This document shows positions 55,206 through 64,000 of a stretch of DNA of 64,000 bases, piece by piece. This stretch comes from Clostridia bacterium (GTDB lineage: Bacteria; Bacillota; Clostridia; Oscillospirales; CAG-272): NCBI GenBank assembly GCA_017463865.1, contig JAFTOI010000040.1, positions 40,892 through 104,891 on the forward strand. The letters are read 5' to 3'. Position numbers and translations under genes: made by a program. Position 1 is the first letter of the stretch; each line of letters starts with the position of its first letter. Under the pieces are notes generated by a model. The model was not told the DNA's origin, ran no database searches, and saw only the letters and a list, made by a program, of their open reading frames with translations.

Positions 55206-56126
55206 ATGGAAACGCTGCTGCGCACGCTCGATCACCTCTGCCGCAGTCTGCACGTTACCGTTGTCATCAAGGATTTTTCCGGGCAGATGCTCAAAACGCC
55301 CCAAATCGCGCCGCTGGTGTCCCATTTCCTGCTGCATGACAATCCCTACTGCATGCAGGTCAAGGCAGACCGTACCGCGTTTCGTCACTGTGTCAGAGTC
55401 AGCCACCGCCGCCTGCACGAGAAAATCACCCACGCCCCCGACCCCGGCGCTCCCTTCTGGGGTGTCTGCCACGGCGGCGTGCGGGAGTATGTCATCCCCC
55501 TGCGCTGGCGGGGGGAGACAGTCATCGGGGCGATGATCGTCGGCTGCTTTGCCTGTGACGCGGCGCGGGCGGAGCAGTCGTGGGCGCGGCTGGCGGACAA
55601 ATACGGGCTGGACGCCGACGCGCTGGCCGCTGCCTACGACAGCATCAGACGATACCGCCTGCCCGCCGACGAGCTGCTGACCGGGGTGTTCACACTCTGT
55701 GCCCGCTATTTTGAGCAGCTGTGTGAACGGTACATGGCCCTGACATCTGCCGGCACGCCGGATGATGCCGCCCGGGAAAGCAGCCGCCTTGAGCTTGCCC
55801 TGCACTACATCAAAGCCAATCTGCGCAAGCCGATGACGGTCGCCGAGATCGCGTCCGCCTGCTTCTGCGCCCCGTCGACGCTGGCGCATCTGTTCAGCGC
55901 GGCGACCGGGCGCGGGGTGACGGAATATATCCTTGACGAGCGGATCGCACTGGCCGCGTCGCTGCTGGTCGGGACATCGCGGTCGATCACGGATATTGCC
56001 GCATCATGCGGCTTTTCCTCCCAGAAATATTTTTCCGAAATTTTTCGCCGCCGGCGTGGCATGTCGCCCAGCGCATGGCGTGCGGCAAACCGTAATCCTG
56101 CAACGCAAGGAGATGAATATCCATGA
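55206..56126 (+). CDS. AraC regulator with PocR-type sensor domain
   Basis: H.NPYC..K, CHGG..E..IP; C-terminal AraC HTH (CGFSSQKYFS). Confidence 0.85.
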   Translation: METLLRTLDHLCRSLHVTVVIKDFSGQMLKTPQIAPLVSHFLLHDNPYCMQVKADRTAFRHCVRVSHRRLHEKITHAPDPGAPFWGVCHGGVREYVIPLRWRGETVIGAMIVGCFACDAARAEQSWARLADKYGLDADALAAAYDSIRRYRLPADELLTGVFTLCARYFEQLCERYMALTSAGTPDDAARESSRLELALHYIKANLRKPMTVAEIASACFCAPSTLAHLFSAATGRGVTEYILDERIALAASLLVGTSRSITDIAASCGFSSQKYFSEIFRRRRGMSPSAWRAANRNPATQGDEYP

Positions 56127-57025
56127 CCCGTATCGGGACCTATTTGATCAAAGATCCTTCCCTCACGCCCGAGACGCGGCTGCGCATGATCAAGGCAGCG
56201 GGATTTGATTACGTCTGCCTCGTGATGAAGCCCATGCTTGCCGGCGAGGACGCCGGCCTGACGCCCGAGCTCTGCGCACGAGTGGGGATCGCGTTTGACA
56301 ACGTCCATCTGACCGGGAACGGCACGCATGACATGTGGGCCGAGGGCGAGGCAGGCGACCGCATCGCAGAGCGCTACTGCCGTGAGATCGCACTCTGCGC
56401 CGATTACGGCGTCAAGACCGGCATCATGCACGCCACCTGGGGGATTAACCCACCTCCGCCGGTCGGTGAGATTGGCCTGCGTCGGTTCGCCCGCGTGGTC
56501 GAGTGTGCGGAAAAGCACAACTTTACGCTGGCGCTGGAAAATTCGGTCAGCGACACGCACCTCTGCTATGTGCTTGACCGACTGAAAAGCCCCAGCCTCG
56601 GCTATTGCTTTGACAGCGGCCACCGCAATGCCTTTGCACCCGGCGCTGACTTCCTCGGTCTCTACGGCAGCCGCCTCACCGCCACCCACCTGCAGGACAA
56701 TGATGGGCAGAATGATCTGCATCTGATGCCCCTCGACGGCTGCATTGACTGGCGCGGGACGGCGCGGCAGCTGGCCGCGACGCCCCACGGGCGCCGCTTC
56801 ATCTGCGCGGAGGTAGCCGGCGTGGTCAGCCGCGACTGCCCCGGCCGGTCTGCCAGCGATATCCGCGCGATGCTGTCCCGTACTGCTGCGCTGGAGCAGG
56901 GGCTGGTGCGGATCGAGGACGGGCATTTCACCGTTTATGAAGGCTTTTCGCACGAGGCATTGCTGGAGCGCCTGTATGCCGCCATGCGGAAAATTGCGGA
57001 TGACATCGAACGTGAAAGCGTTTAA
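56123..57025 (+). CDS. Sugar phosphate isomerase/epimerase
   Basis: ALEN, CFDSGH, THLQDN, HLMPLDG motifs. Confidence 0.85.
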   Translation: MTRIGTYLIKDPSLTPETRLRMIKAAGFDYVCLVMKPMLAGEDAGLTPELCARVGIAFDNVHLTGNGTHDMWAEGEAGDRIAERYCREIALCADYGVKTGIMHATWGINPPPPVGEIGLRRFARVVECAEKHNFTLALENSVSDTHLCYVLDRLKSPSLGYCFDSGHRNAFAPGADFLGLYGSRLTATHLQDNDGQNDLHLMPLDGCIDWRGTARQLAATPHGRRFICAEVAGVVSRDCPGRSASDIRAMLSRTAALEQGLVRIEDGHFTVYEGFSHEALLERLYAAMRKIADDIERESV

Positions 57026-57054
57026 TGATAATTAACCTAAATAAGGAGTAAACC

Positions 57055-58539
57055 ATGAAAAACACAAAGAAGATTCTGTGTGTGCTGCTCGCGGCAATGA
57101 CCCTGTGCGGCACGCTGGCTGCCTGTGCCGGTGGGGAAGAGCAGAACGCCGATACCACGGCTGCGCCCGGTGCACTCTCATCTGACACAACAGCCGCGCC
57201 CGAAACCGAGCTGACCGACGGCCTTCCCGAGGCCAACCTCAACGGCTGGGAGCTGACGATCCTCAACTACGACGATGCTGCGCACAGCTTTTCGCTGAAG
57301 GCCATGGATCCGGTCGATCTGTCTGGTGAGCCGCTCAACGACGCCATGTACGAGCGCAACCGTACCATGGAGACCCGTTTCAACTGCGTGATCAACGAGG
57401 TGCAGGACGGATCAAAGCTGATCACCAACCTGACCAATTCGGTGCTGGCCAACAACCAGAGTTACGATGTGGCCATGATCTACGACCGCAAGATCGGCAC
57501 CTGCATCACCTCCGGCATCATTGCCGAGTGGAACGAGCAGCTGCTTCCCTACGTCAATCTGGACAACGCATGGTGGAATGCTGACGCCAACGCCTGCTTC
57601 CGGATCGACAACAAACAGTACGCCGCAGTGGGTGACCACTCGATGTCGATGTATTCCAAGGCCTATGTCATGTTCTTGAATAAGAATCTCTACGGCTCCA
57701 TCGGCGACGTGAACGATCTCTACAAGGCAGTCAAGGACGGCAGCTGGACCATCGACAAGATGCTGACGATGACCGCCGGGCTGGCAGCCGATCTGGACAA
57801 CGACGCTTACGACGCGGACGACCAGTTTGGTGTGGTCGGCGGATCGAAGGTGTATTTTCAGACCCTGCTGTCGGGTGCCGGCATCAAGCTGGTCGACACC
57901 GACAGCGCGGGCAATCCGTACTTTGCCATTGCCGACAACGAAAAGGCGATCAACACCATCTCCAAGATCGTCGAAAAGCACAGTGCTAACCCCGTTTACT
58001 ATAATAACACCCCGAACAAAGTGAACTCCGGCATTGTGGCGACCGAATTTGTCGGCAATCGCGCGGGCCTTCTCAGCGCCACCGTCTGGGATTATAACGA
58101 CTTCCGCGACGTCGATTTCTCGGTCGGAATCTTGCCGGCGCCGAAATTTGATGAAGCGCAGGAAAACTATTATTCGATCAGCATTGCCGGTGTGGTTACC
58201 ACCATTCCCAAAGATGTTGCGGCAGAGGATGCCAAGAACGCCAGCCTGCTGCTGGAGGCGATGGCCTTCTACAGCCGCGAGAAGGTTCTGCCGATCTATA
58301 AGGAAGTCGTGCTGCAGGCCAAGTACGCCGACGCGGCCAACGACTCGGATATGATTGATATCATCTTCAATACGATGACCTACGATCTTGGCACCACCGT
58401 CTGGAACGATGAGATCCGCATGCCGCTCATCGAGAAGACCTTCCACAATATGAACACCGAGTGTGCATCCTTTATCGAATCGGTCAAAAAGCTGATTCAG
58501 GCAACCATCCAGAGTACGATCAACGCGGTCAAGGATTGA
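57055..58539 (+). CDS. Extracellular solute-binding lipoprotein (orphan)
   Basis: LAAC lipobox; DAMYERN, AWW, DLDND, LPAPKFDE motifs. Confidence 0.85.
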   Translation: MKNTKKILCVLLAAMTLCGTLAACAGGEEQNADTTAAPGALSSDTTAAPETELTDGLPEANLNGWELTILNYDDAAHSFSLKAMDPVDLSGEPLNDAMYERNRTMETRFNCVINEVQDGSKLITNLTNSVLANNQSYDVAMIYDRKIGTCITSGIIAEWNEQLLPYVNLDNAWWNADANACFRIDNKQYAAVGDHSMSMYSKAYVMFLNKNLYGSIGDVNDLYKAVKDGSWTIDKMLTMTAGLAADLDNDAYDADDQFGVVGGSKVYFQTLLSGAGIKLVDTDSAGNPYFAIADNEKAINTISKIVEKHSANPVYYNNTPNKVNSGIVATEFVGNRAGLLSATVWDYNDFRDVDFSVGILPAPKFDEAQENYYSISIAGVVTTIPKDVAAEDAKNASLLLEAMAFYSREKVLPIYKEVVLQAKYADAANDSDMIDIIFNTMTYDLGTTVWNDEIRMPLIEKTFHNMNTECASFIESVKKLIQATIQSTINAVKD

Positions 58540-58551
58540 TTTGTACAGGGG

Positions 58552-58720
58552 TGGACCGCCCTCCCCAAAATAGAAAGTGAAAAAAGAGCCTCCTGTTGCA
58601 GCATAAAGCTGCAACAGGAGGTTTTGTCATGGTGTATTGTAAAATGAAGTTGCACTGTCTGTCAAGGCAGAAAAAACAAACTGACAACCGATCAATGTCT
58701 ACCTTAACAATTGCACCGCA
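58552..58720 (+). mobile_element. Non-autonomous IS3 derivative (MITE-like)
   Basis: Starts like the left end of the IS at 45278 (TGGAC..AAAATAGA.AGTGA.AAAAGAGCCTCCTGTTG...CAACAGGAGGTTTTGTCATGG); ends in an IS3-right-end-like TGTCTAC...GCA. Confidence 0.65.
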
Positions 58721-58838
58721 ACAATTCTATAGGACGGTTGCCCCATGCGCAAAACCGACCAAAAAGCTGACCGCTGCCTCGCTCAGGGTGGCGAGGGTCG
58801 AGGCGGTGTTTTCGCGCGTTTCCGCGCGGCCGGGATGC

Positions 58839-59675
58839 CTATCGCTGCCTCCGGTATTCGCGGGGGGAGATTCCATGGCGTTTCAAAAATTGGCGGTTGA
58901 ATGTGGACAAACACAGAAAACCGCAGCGCTCCGATATTTCAAGTATGGTCAGAGAAGTATCCACCAACAGCTGTTCCGCCATCATCAGCCGCACAGAATT
59001 TACGTATTCCATCGGGGATTGACCGGTCACCGTCTGAAAGTTTCTGCGCAGCGTGGATTCGCTGAGACTGCAGATCTTGGCAAGCTGGGCCGCGTTGATT
59101 GGCTCGTTGTATTGTGCTGCGATCAGCTGGATGGCCGGCAGAATGCTTTGCCTTGCGTCTTCGTTCAAGCCGGTCTCACTGCGGGCAAAGGTATGCAGCT
59201 TTCCGAAGAAGGCGGCGCACAGGTGAACATAGATTTCCCGGTTCCCGTTTTCCTTCAGTTCCTGCCGCATCAGGTTGAACAGCGATGCGCAGTTTTTGTC
59301 GTGGACGATGACTTCACACGTCGGCACCGTCAAATTGAGTACGGCGGCGTCCAGCCAGATATATTCCCACAAGCTGTTTCTTTCCGCCGGACTTTGCGCG
59401 ATGTGCTGCATGCCGACAGGGAAAAAGACGACTGTCCCAGCGGAAAACGGATAGATACGATCCTCGACAAAAAATAGTCCGTCTCCCTTCAGGCAAAGTC
59501 CGCATTCGGGATAATTGTGGTAATGCAGATCCTGTTTTGTCCGCCAGGACTGCTTGTACAGCGTATAATGACTTGCGAACGGTTCGGATACATGTTCTTC
59601 CTGAAAAATGGCATCGGCGGATTCCGCGCCTGAAAAAAATTTTGATTGTTTTATCGAATTTGACTGAAAATGCAC
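58839..59675 (-). CDS. AraC family transcriptional regulator (cupin sensor)
   Basis: LHYHNYPE cupin; C-terminal HTH CGF..STFNRQF; GTG start after GAGGTG. Confidence 0.85.
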   Translation of the reverse strand: MHFQSNSIKQSKFFSGAESADAIFQEEHVSEPFASHYTLYKQSWRTKQDLHYHNYPECGLCLKGDGLFFVEDRIYPFSAGTVVFFPVGMQHIAQSPAERNSLWEYIWLDAAVLNLTVPTCEVIVHDKNCASLFNLMRQELKENGNREIYVHLCAAFFGKLHTFARSETGLNEDARQSILPAIQLIAAQYNEPINAAQLAKICSLSESTLRRNFQTVTGQSPMEYVNSVRLMMAEQLLVDTSLTILEISERCGFLCLSTFNRQFLKRHGISPREYRRQR

Positions 59676-59790
59676 AGAAACACCTCGTTTTGCGTGGCTT
59701 AGTGGTCGTTTGTTTGCTATAATGATAGCACAATCACGGAGAAAAAGCAAGATATTTTCGTTTGCATCCGTTCATTAAGGAGGAGATATC

Positions 59791-61311
59791 ATGAGAGCAA
59801 AACGTGCAATCGCCTGGATCCTGGTTTTGGCTGCGCTGGCTGTTTCCGCCGCATCCTGCGGCAAGCCGAACACGCCCGACGGAGAAACGACAGCAGCGGC
59901 GGAAACAGCCGCAGCGCCGGGAACGACCGCAGCAGACGCGGTGACAACAGCGGCAGCGCCGGAAACCGAAGCATACCCGGCGCTGCCCGAGGCAGACTTC
60001 AAGGATGAGGAATTTATCATTCTGGTCAACAACCGCTCGGACGATTATCACTCGGTCGAGTTTGCCGCGGAAAATGTGACCGGCGACGTGGTCAATGACG
60101 CCGTTTTCAAGCGAAACACGCTGGTCGAAGAGCAGTACAACGTCGATTTGATCAATACGCCTGTCAGCAAGGAGGCCGCCGCACTGGAGACCAATGTCCT
60201 GGCCAATGTTCACGCATACGACATTGCCCTGATCGGTCTGACCAGTGCGGGCAGTCTGGCGCTGAAAAATCTGCTGATGGATTTCGGCAGTATCCCGCAC
60301 CTCTATCTGGAAGGTCCCTGGTGGGATCAGAACGCAACGGCAGACCTTTCGCTGGCTAACCGCAAATACATGACCATCGGTGACATGAACATCAACGACA
60401 AGGATATGACCTGGTGTATGTTTTTCGACAAGCAGCTGGCCCTTGACTATCATATGCCCGATCTGTATGCGCTGGCGGCCAACAAGGAGTGGACTTTTGA
60501 CAAATTCCGTGAGCTCTGCGAGAATGTCAGCACCGACCTCAACGGCGACGGGCAGTATGACCAGAATGATCTGTATGCGCACGTGACGGTATTCGCGCGC
60601 TCGACCATTGCCTATATGTATTCCATGAACGCGATGAGCTTCGTGAAGGATGCGGACGATCTGCCGCAGCTGAACACGAACACCGACAAATTGTTTGATG
60701 CTTACGAAGTTGTACGAAGCCTCTTCTTCTCGGACAACCTCTGCCACGACATCGAGACCATGCCCTATGACGGATATGCCAATCGTTGGCGCAAATCCGA
60801 AGCAATGTTCGGCAATAAACAGATCCTGTTCTATGCAGAGGCCATGCAGAATGCAGAGCGCTTCCGCGGGTTTGAGAATGATTTCGGCATCCTGCCGCTG
60901 CCTTCCGGCGAAGCGGGAAGCTACGGCAAGCACATGGTATGGAAGGAAGCTTATGTCACAGTCGCTCCTCTTACCCTGTCCCAGTCAGACGCACTGACCG
61001 AACGTGCGGGCATCCTTCTCGAAGCGATCATGCGTGCATCGTCCGATACGGTGCTTCCCGCTTATTATGATACCGCCCTCAAGACCAAGTTCTCCCGCGA
61101 CGACAGCTCTGCGGCCATGATCGATATTATCTTTGCCAACCGATATTATGACATCGGCACCTATTACAACTGGGGCGAGATGAACAACACCTGGATGTCA
61201 CTCGGCAAGGCGGGCACGGAGTCGATTGCCTCGGCCATCAAGATTAGACAGAAAACGGCTGAACGTGCATTGGAAGATTGTATTGCAAACCTGACGGGAG
61301 GCGCGAAATAA
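59791..61311 (+). CDS. Extracellular solute-binding lipoprotein (orphan)
   Basis: AASC lipobox; DAVFKRN, PWW, DLNGDGQYD, FGILPLP motifs. Confidence 0.85.
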   Translation: MRAKRAIAWILVLAALAVSAASCGKPNTPDGETTAAAETAAAPGTTAADAVTTAAAPETEAYPALPEADFKDEEFIILVNNRSDDYHSVEFAAENVTGDVVNDAVFKRNTLVEEQYNVDLINTPVSKEAAALETNVLANVHAYDIALIGLTSAGSLALKNLLMDFGSIPHLYLEGPWWDQNATADLSLANRKYMTIGDMNINDKDMTWCMFFDKQLALDYHMPDLYALAANKEWTFDKFRELCENVSTDLNGDGQYDQNDLYAHVTVFARSTIAYMYSMNAMSFVKDADDLPQLNTNTDKLFDAYEVVRSLFFSDNLCHDIETMPYDGYANRWRKSEAMFGNKQILFYAEAMQNAERFRGFENDFGILPLPSGEAGSYGKHMVWKEAYVTVAPLTLSQSDALTERAGILLEAIMRASSDTVLPAYYDTALKTKFSRDDSSAAMIDIIFANRYYDIGTYYNWGEMNNTWMSLGKAGTESIASAIKIRQKTAERALEDCIANLTGGAK

Positions 61312-62336
61312 TGGAACAGAAGCCATTTTTCCTCTTCGGGATGGGGAACCGTCCAAAGCTGATCTATATGGACGGCGTGGTGTTCGCCTACCCTTCGTAT
61401 CAGGCGCTGTATCGGTTCGACTGTCTCAGCGAGACCATCCTGCCGGCGGAATATACGGTGCAGCTGGAAACGACCGGCGGCCCTGTGCGGCTGTGGGAAG
61501 ACGAGCAGGGCGTGTGGCTTTCGATGCAGGGGAAAACGCTTTGCCTTGGTGAGGGTATGCTCCATCTTCCGTCCTTTGCGCATCATCCGAATCGGGACAC
61601 GCTTCGCATCCTGCATCATGAGATCCTCGTCAACATCATCGAGGGCCAGCCCGTGCCCAACTATTTTGTCTATCCGAAGGCGTGGTACCGGGACGGCGCA
61701 ATGATGGCGATGGTGCTCGAGCAGACCGGGAACCTGCATCTGATCCGTGACTGGGCGGCGGGACTCACTGCGCTTTACGACCGCAACAACAAAGGCAATG
61801 AAGAATCCGACAATTTGGGCCAGCTGCTCTACATCCTGGCCAAGACCGGATTGTGCGATCATCCTCTCGTTGACGCCGCCATCAAGGAGGCCAACCGACG
61901 GCTGGAGGACGGCGTGCTGACCGGCTCGACCGATTATGCGCCGCATCCTGTCTATCAGACCAAATGGCTGAAGCTGGGTCTGGATGCGCTGGGTCTGGAC
62001 AGCAGCCACCTTCGCATTCCGGAGGTGAAGGATTCGTATGCAGCGATCTTCTGGATGGACGGGCATACCATGCCGCCTGCGGATGATGCCTACAACACGA
62101 AGTATCCCTATCTGTGGTGGGCGAAGAAGCATACCATGCGGCAGGCCGTAGATCCTGCGCTGCTCGCGCCGACCTATCCGATCTCTTCCGAAACGCGCGC
62201 AAGCGAAGCGGAGTATGAAAACCTGCGCCGGCTTTTCCCCGGATATGCAGATGGCCGGCACGCAGCGCCGCACACCTGGCACGCGGCTGAGATGTTCTTA
62301 TATCTCACGGATATGTACGGAAAAGGAGAAGAATAA
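61311..62336 (+). CDS. Hypothetical protein, possibly a six-hairpin glycosidase-like fold
   Basis: Translationally coupled (TAATG); Y.KAWYRDGAMMA, EESDNLGQ, HTWHAAE motifs. Confidence 0.6.
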   Translation: MEQKPFFLFGMGNRPKLIYMDGVVFAYPSYQALYRFDCLSETILPAEYTVQLETTGGPVRLWEDEQGVWLSMQGKTLCLGEGMLHLPSFAHHPNRDTLRILHHEILVNIIEGQPVPNYFVYPKAWYRDGAMMAMVLEQTGNLHLIRDWAAGLTALYDRNNKGNEESDNLGQLLYILAKTGLCDHPLVDAAIKEANRRLEDGVLTGSTDYAPHPVYQTKWLKLGLDALGLDSSHLRIPEVKDSYAAIFWMDGHTMPPADDAYNTKYPYLWWAKKHTMRQAVDPALLAPTYPISSETRASEAEYENLRRLFPGYADGRHAAPHTWHAAEMFLYLTDMYGKGEE

Positions 62337-63691
62337 TGCCCGGATATGCCAATTGGAAGCAATTATTTGATGAAGAACTGTTTCAGATGCGGGAGGAGGG
62401 CTATGATCTGCGCGATCTGCCGAGCTATGGCGATGACCGATCGTTCCTCCTTCCATTCCCGGGCTGTGAGCAGCCGGAGAACGACACGGACGTCTGGCAG
62501 AAGGCGTATGAACAGTTAGCCTCTCGTTTGTCGGGGCCGCTCAGAGCAGATTATCCCTATACCGAGCCGAATGGATGGGAGGAGATCCTCGCCTCCGCCG
62601 CGCCGATGCCCGAGTTGGAACCGCTGCCCGATGACGAATATGTCGGGCGGCTGCGCGGTGCCGTATACGGCCGGTTTGCCGCCGTCATTCTGGGCAAGCC
62701 GCTGGAGATGGGCCTGCGGGACAAGGATGTCCGGGCCTATCTGGAGGGGGCGGACGCCTGGCCGCTGGATGATTTTGTTCCCGCGCAGTCGCCCGGAAGC
62801 GGGAAATCAGCGCGAAAAGACTGCATCGCCAGCACCAGAGGGAACATTCACTACGCCCAGAGCGACGATGATATCCACTACACGCTTCTCGCCCTGCTTC
62901 TTGCCGAAAAATACGGGCTGGATTTCAAACCGGAGCACGTCGGCCGCAACTGGTTGGATAACATTCCGTATCATTGGTGCTGGTGCGCATCCCGGCAGGC
63001 GTATTACCATATGATCAATCAGGTTCCCGTGCGGCAGATTCCCACACTGCTCAACCCCTGGCGTGAGTGCATCGACGGCCAGATCCGCACCGATCTTTGG
63101 GGCTATATCGCGCCGGGTGACCCGGTGAAGGCCGCCCTCGGCGCATATCGTGACTGCTCCTTCTCGCTGGTGAAGAACGGCATTTACGGCGGTATGTTTA
63201 CGGCAGGCTGCATTGCGGCCGCGCTGACAGCCAACCCGACGGTGGATCGCATCCTGGACGGCGGCCTTGCCATCGTCCCGCAGACAAGCCGGCTGGCCGA
63301 AATGGTTCGGCTGGTCCGCGGCTGGTATCGGGAAACCCCCGACCGCCAGACGGTATGCGACCGCATCATGGCCGCTTGGGGCCATCTGCCGTTTGCCGCG
63401 ACCATCAACAATATGGCGATTGTTGTGCTGGCGATTCTGGACGGCGGCATGGATTACAGCAAAACCATTACTTCTGCCGTTTGCTGCGGACTTGACACCG
63501 ACTGCAACGCGGGAACGGCCGGAAGCATCATCGGCGCCGCAGTCGGCATCGACGGCGTTGACGAGAGATGGTATGGCTGCCTCAACGACACAGCCAAAAC
63601 AGCCGTTGCTTCTGTTGGGGAGATCAAAATCTCTGAGATCGTCCGGCGGATTGGTCGGGTGAAGGAGAAGCTGAAGAGTTACGACTGCTGA
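62336..63691 (+). CDS. ADP-ribosylglycohydrolase family protein
   Basis: LGKPLE, SDDDIHYT, NPWRECIDGQIR.D, GLDTDCNAGTAGSI motifs. Confidence 0.88.
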   Translation: MPGYANWKQLFDEELFQMREEGYDLRDLPSYGDDRSFLLPFPGCEQPENDTDVWQKAYEQLASRLSGPLRADYPYTEPNGWEEILASAAPMPELEPLPDDEYVGRLRGAVYGRFAAVILGKPLEMGLRDKDVRAYLEGADAWPLDDFVPAQSPGSGKSARKDCIASTRGNIHYAQSDDDIHYTLLALLLAEKYGLDFKPEHVGRNWLDNIPYHWCWCASRQAYYHMINQVPVRQIPTLLNPWRECIDGQIRTDLWGYIAPGDPVKAALGAYRDCSFSLVKNGIYGGMFTAGCIAAALTANPTVDRILDGGLAIVPQTSRLAEMVRLVRGWYRETPDRQTVCDRIMAAWGHLPFAATINNMAIVVLAILDGGMDYSKTITSAVCCGLDTDCNAGTAGSIIGAAVGIDGVDERWYGCLNDTAKTAVASVGEIKISEIVRRIGRVKEKLKSYDC

Positions 63692-63748
63692 TTGTGCAGT
63701 GAGGAAAATTACGATTCAAGCCCGGTGTTGTGTATATAACATGCAATG

Positions 63749-63781
63749 TGGACTATACCCCCGAAAATAGACAGTGACAAA
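63749..63781 (+). mobile_element. Isolated IS3 left-end (IR) fragment
   Basis: TGGACTATACCCCCGAAAATAGACAGTGACAAA versus TGGACTACACCCCAGAAAATAGACAGTGACAAA at the IS end (45278). Confidence 0.75.
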
Positions 63782-63856
63782 GCACACTCCGAAAAAAATA
63801 TTCAAGCCGAGGCTTGTAATGTTATTACACCACAGAATTGTTAATAGCTCAAGATG

Positions 63857-63893
63857 AAAAGAGGCTTCGCAGATAATTTGCGGAGCCTCTTTT
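63857..63893. terminator. Bidirectional terminator
   Basis: AAAAGAGGCTTCGCA..TGCGGAGCCTCTTTT. Confidence 0.75.
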
Positions 63894-63895
63894 GA

Positions 63896-64000
63896 CTATA
63901 TTCCGTATTTACCCGTCAACGGATCCTTGAAAATGTCAATTTCGGGTGTGGCAAAAGTAAACACGACGAACAGAGCGGCAATCACACAAAGCATGGTAAT
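63896..64000 (-). CDS. C-terminus of a membrane protein (DUF6512-like), truncated by window
   Basis: ...IAALFVVFTFATPEIDIFKDPLTGKYGI*. Confidence 0.55.
   Translation of the reverse strand: MTMLCVIAALFVVFTFATPEIDIFKDPLTGKYGI

Overview
A 64-kb, GC-rich chromosomal window from a Clostridia/Oscillospirales-like firmicute, judged from T-box leaders, sigmaA TTGACA-N17-TATAAT promoters, a minD-mgsA pair and a small Cys-rich spore-type protein. Core genes include purN, metH, thrS, minD, glyA, secG and rnr. Mixed among them are sugar/polyol catabolic clusters, three orphan solute-binding lipoproteins, an Lsa-type ABC-F gene, a cobalamin-riboswitch-controlled uptake pair, one complete IS3-family element and two IS3-end derivatives. 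No CRISPR array, rRNA or tRNA was seen. The most unusual signals are non-coding: (i) a structured repeat with compensatory stem changes placed directly after TAA stop codons in 4 copies, two of which form the ends of a ~500-bp fold-back palindrome filling the space between an ABC exporter and thrS; (ii) a T-box leader with an Ile-like specifier but no canonical UGGN bulge upstream of an XRE/cupin-acyl-CoA ligase; (iii) two AT-rich gene cassettes bounded by 35-bp duplications of expression signals, one a 5'UTR and one a promoter; (iv) terminator hairpins that carry the next gene's -35 box. There is also a kinase-less ulaE-araD-AraM-GDPD operon that may degrade pentitol phosphodiesters. All product calls come from reading motifs by eye; no database searches were run.
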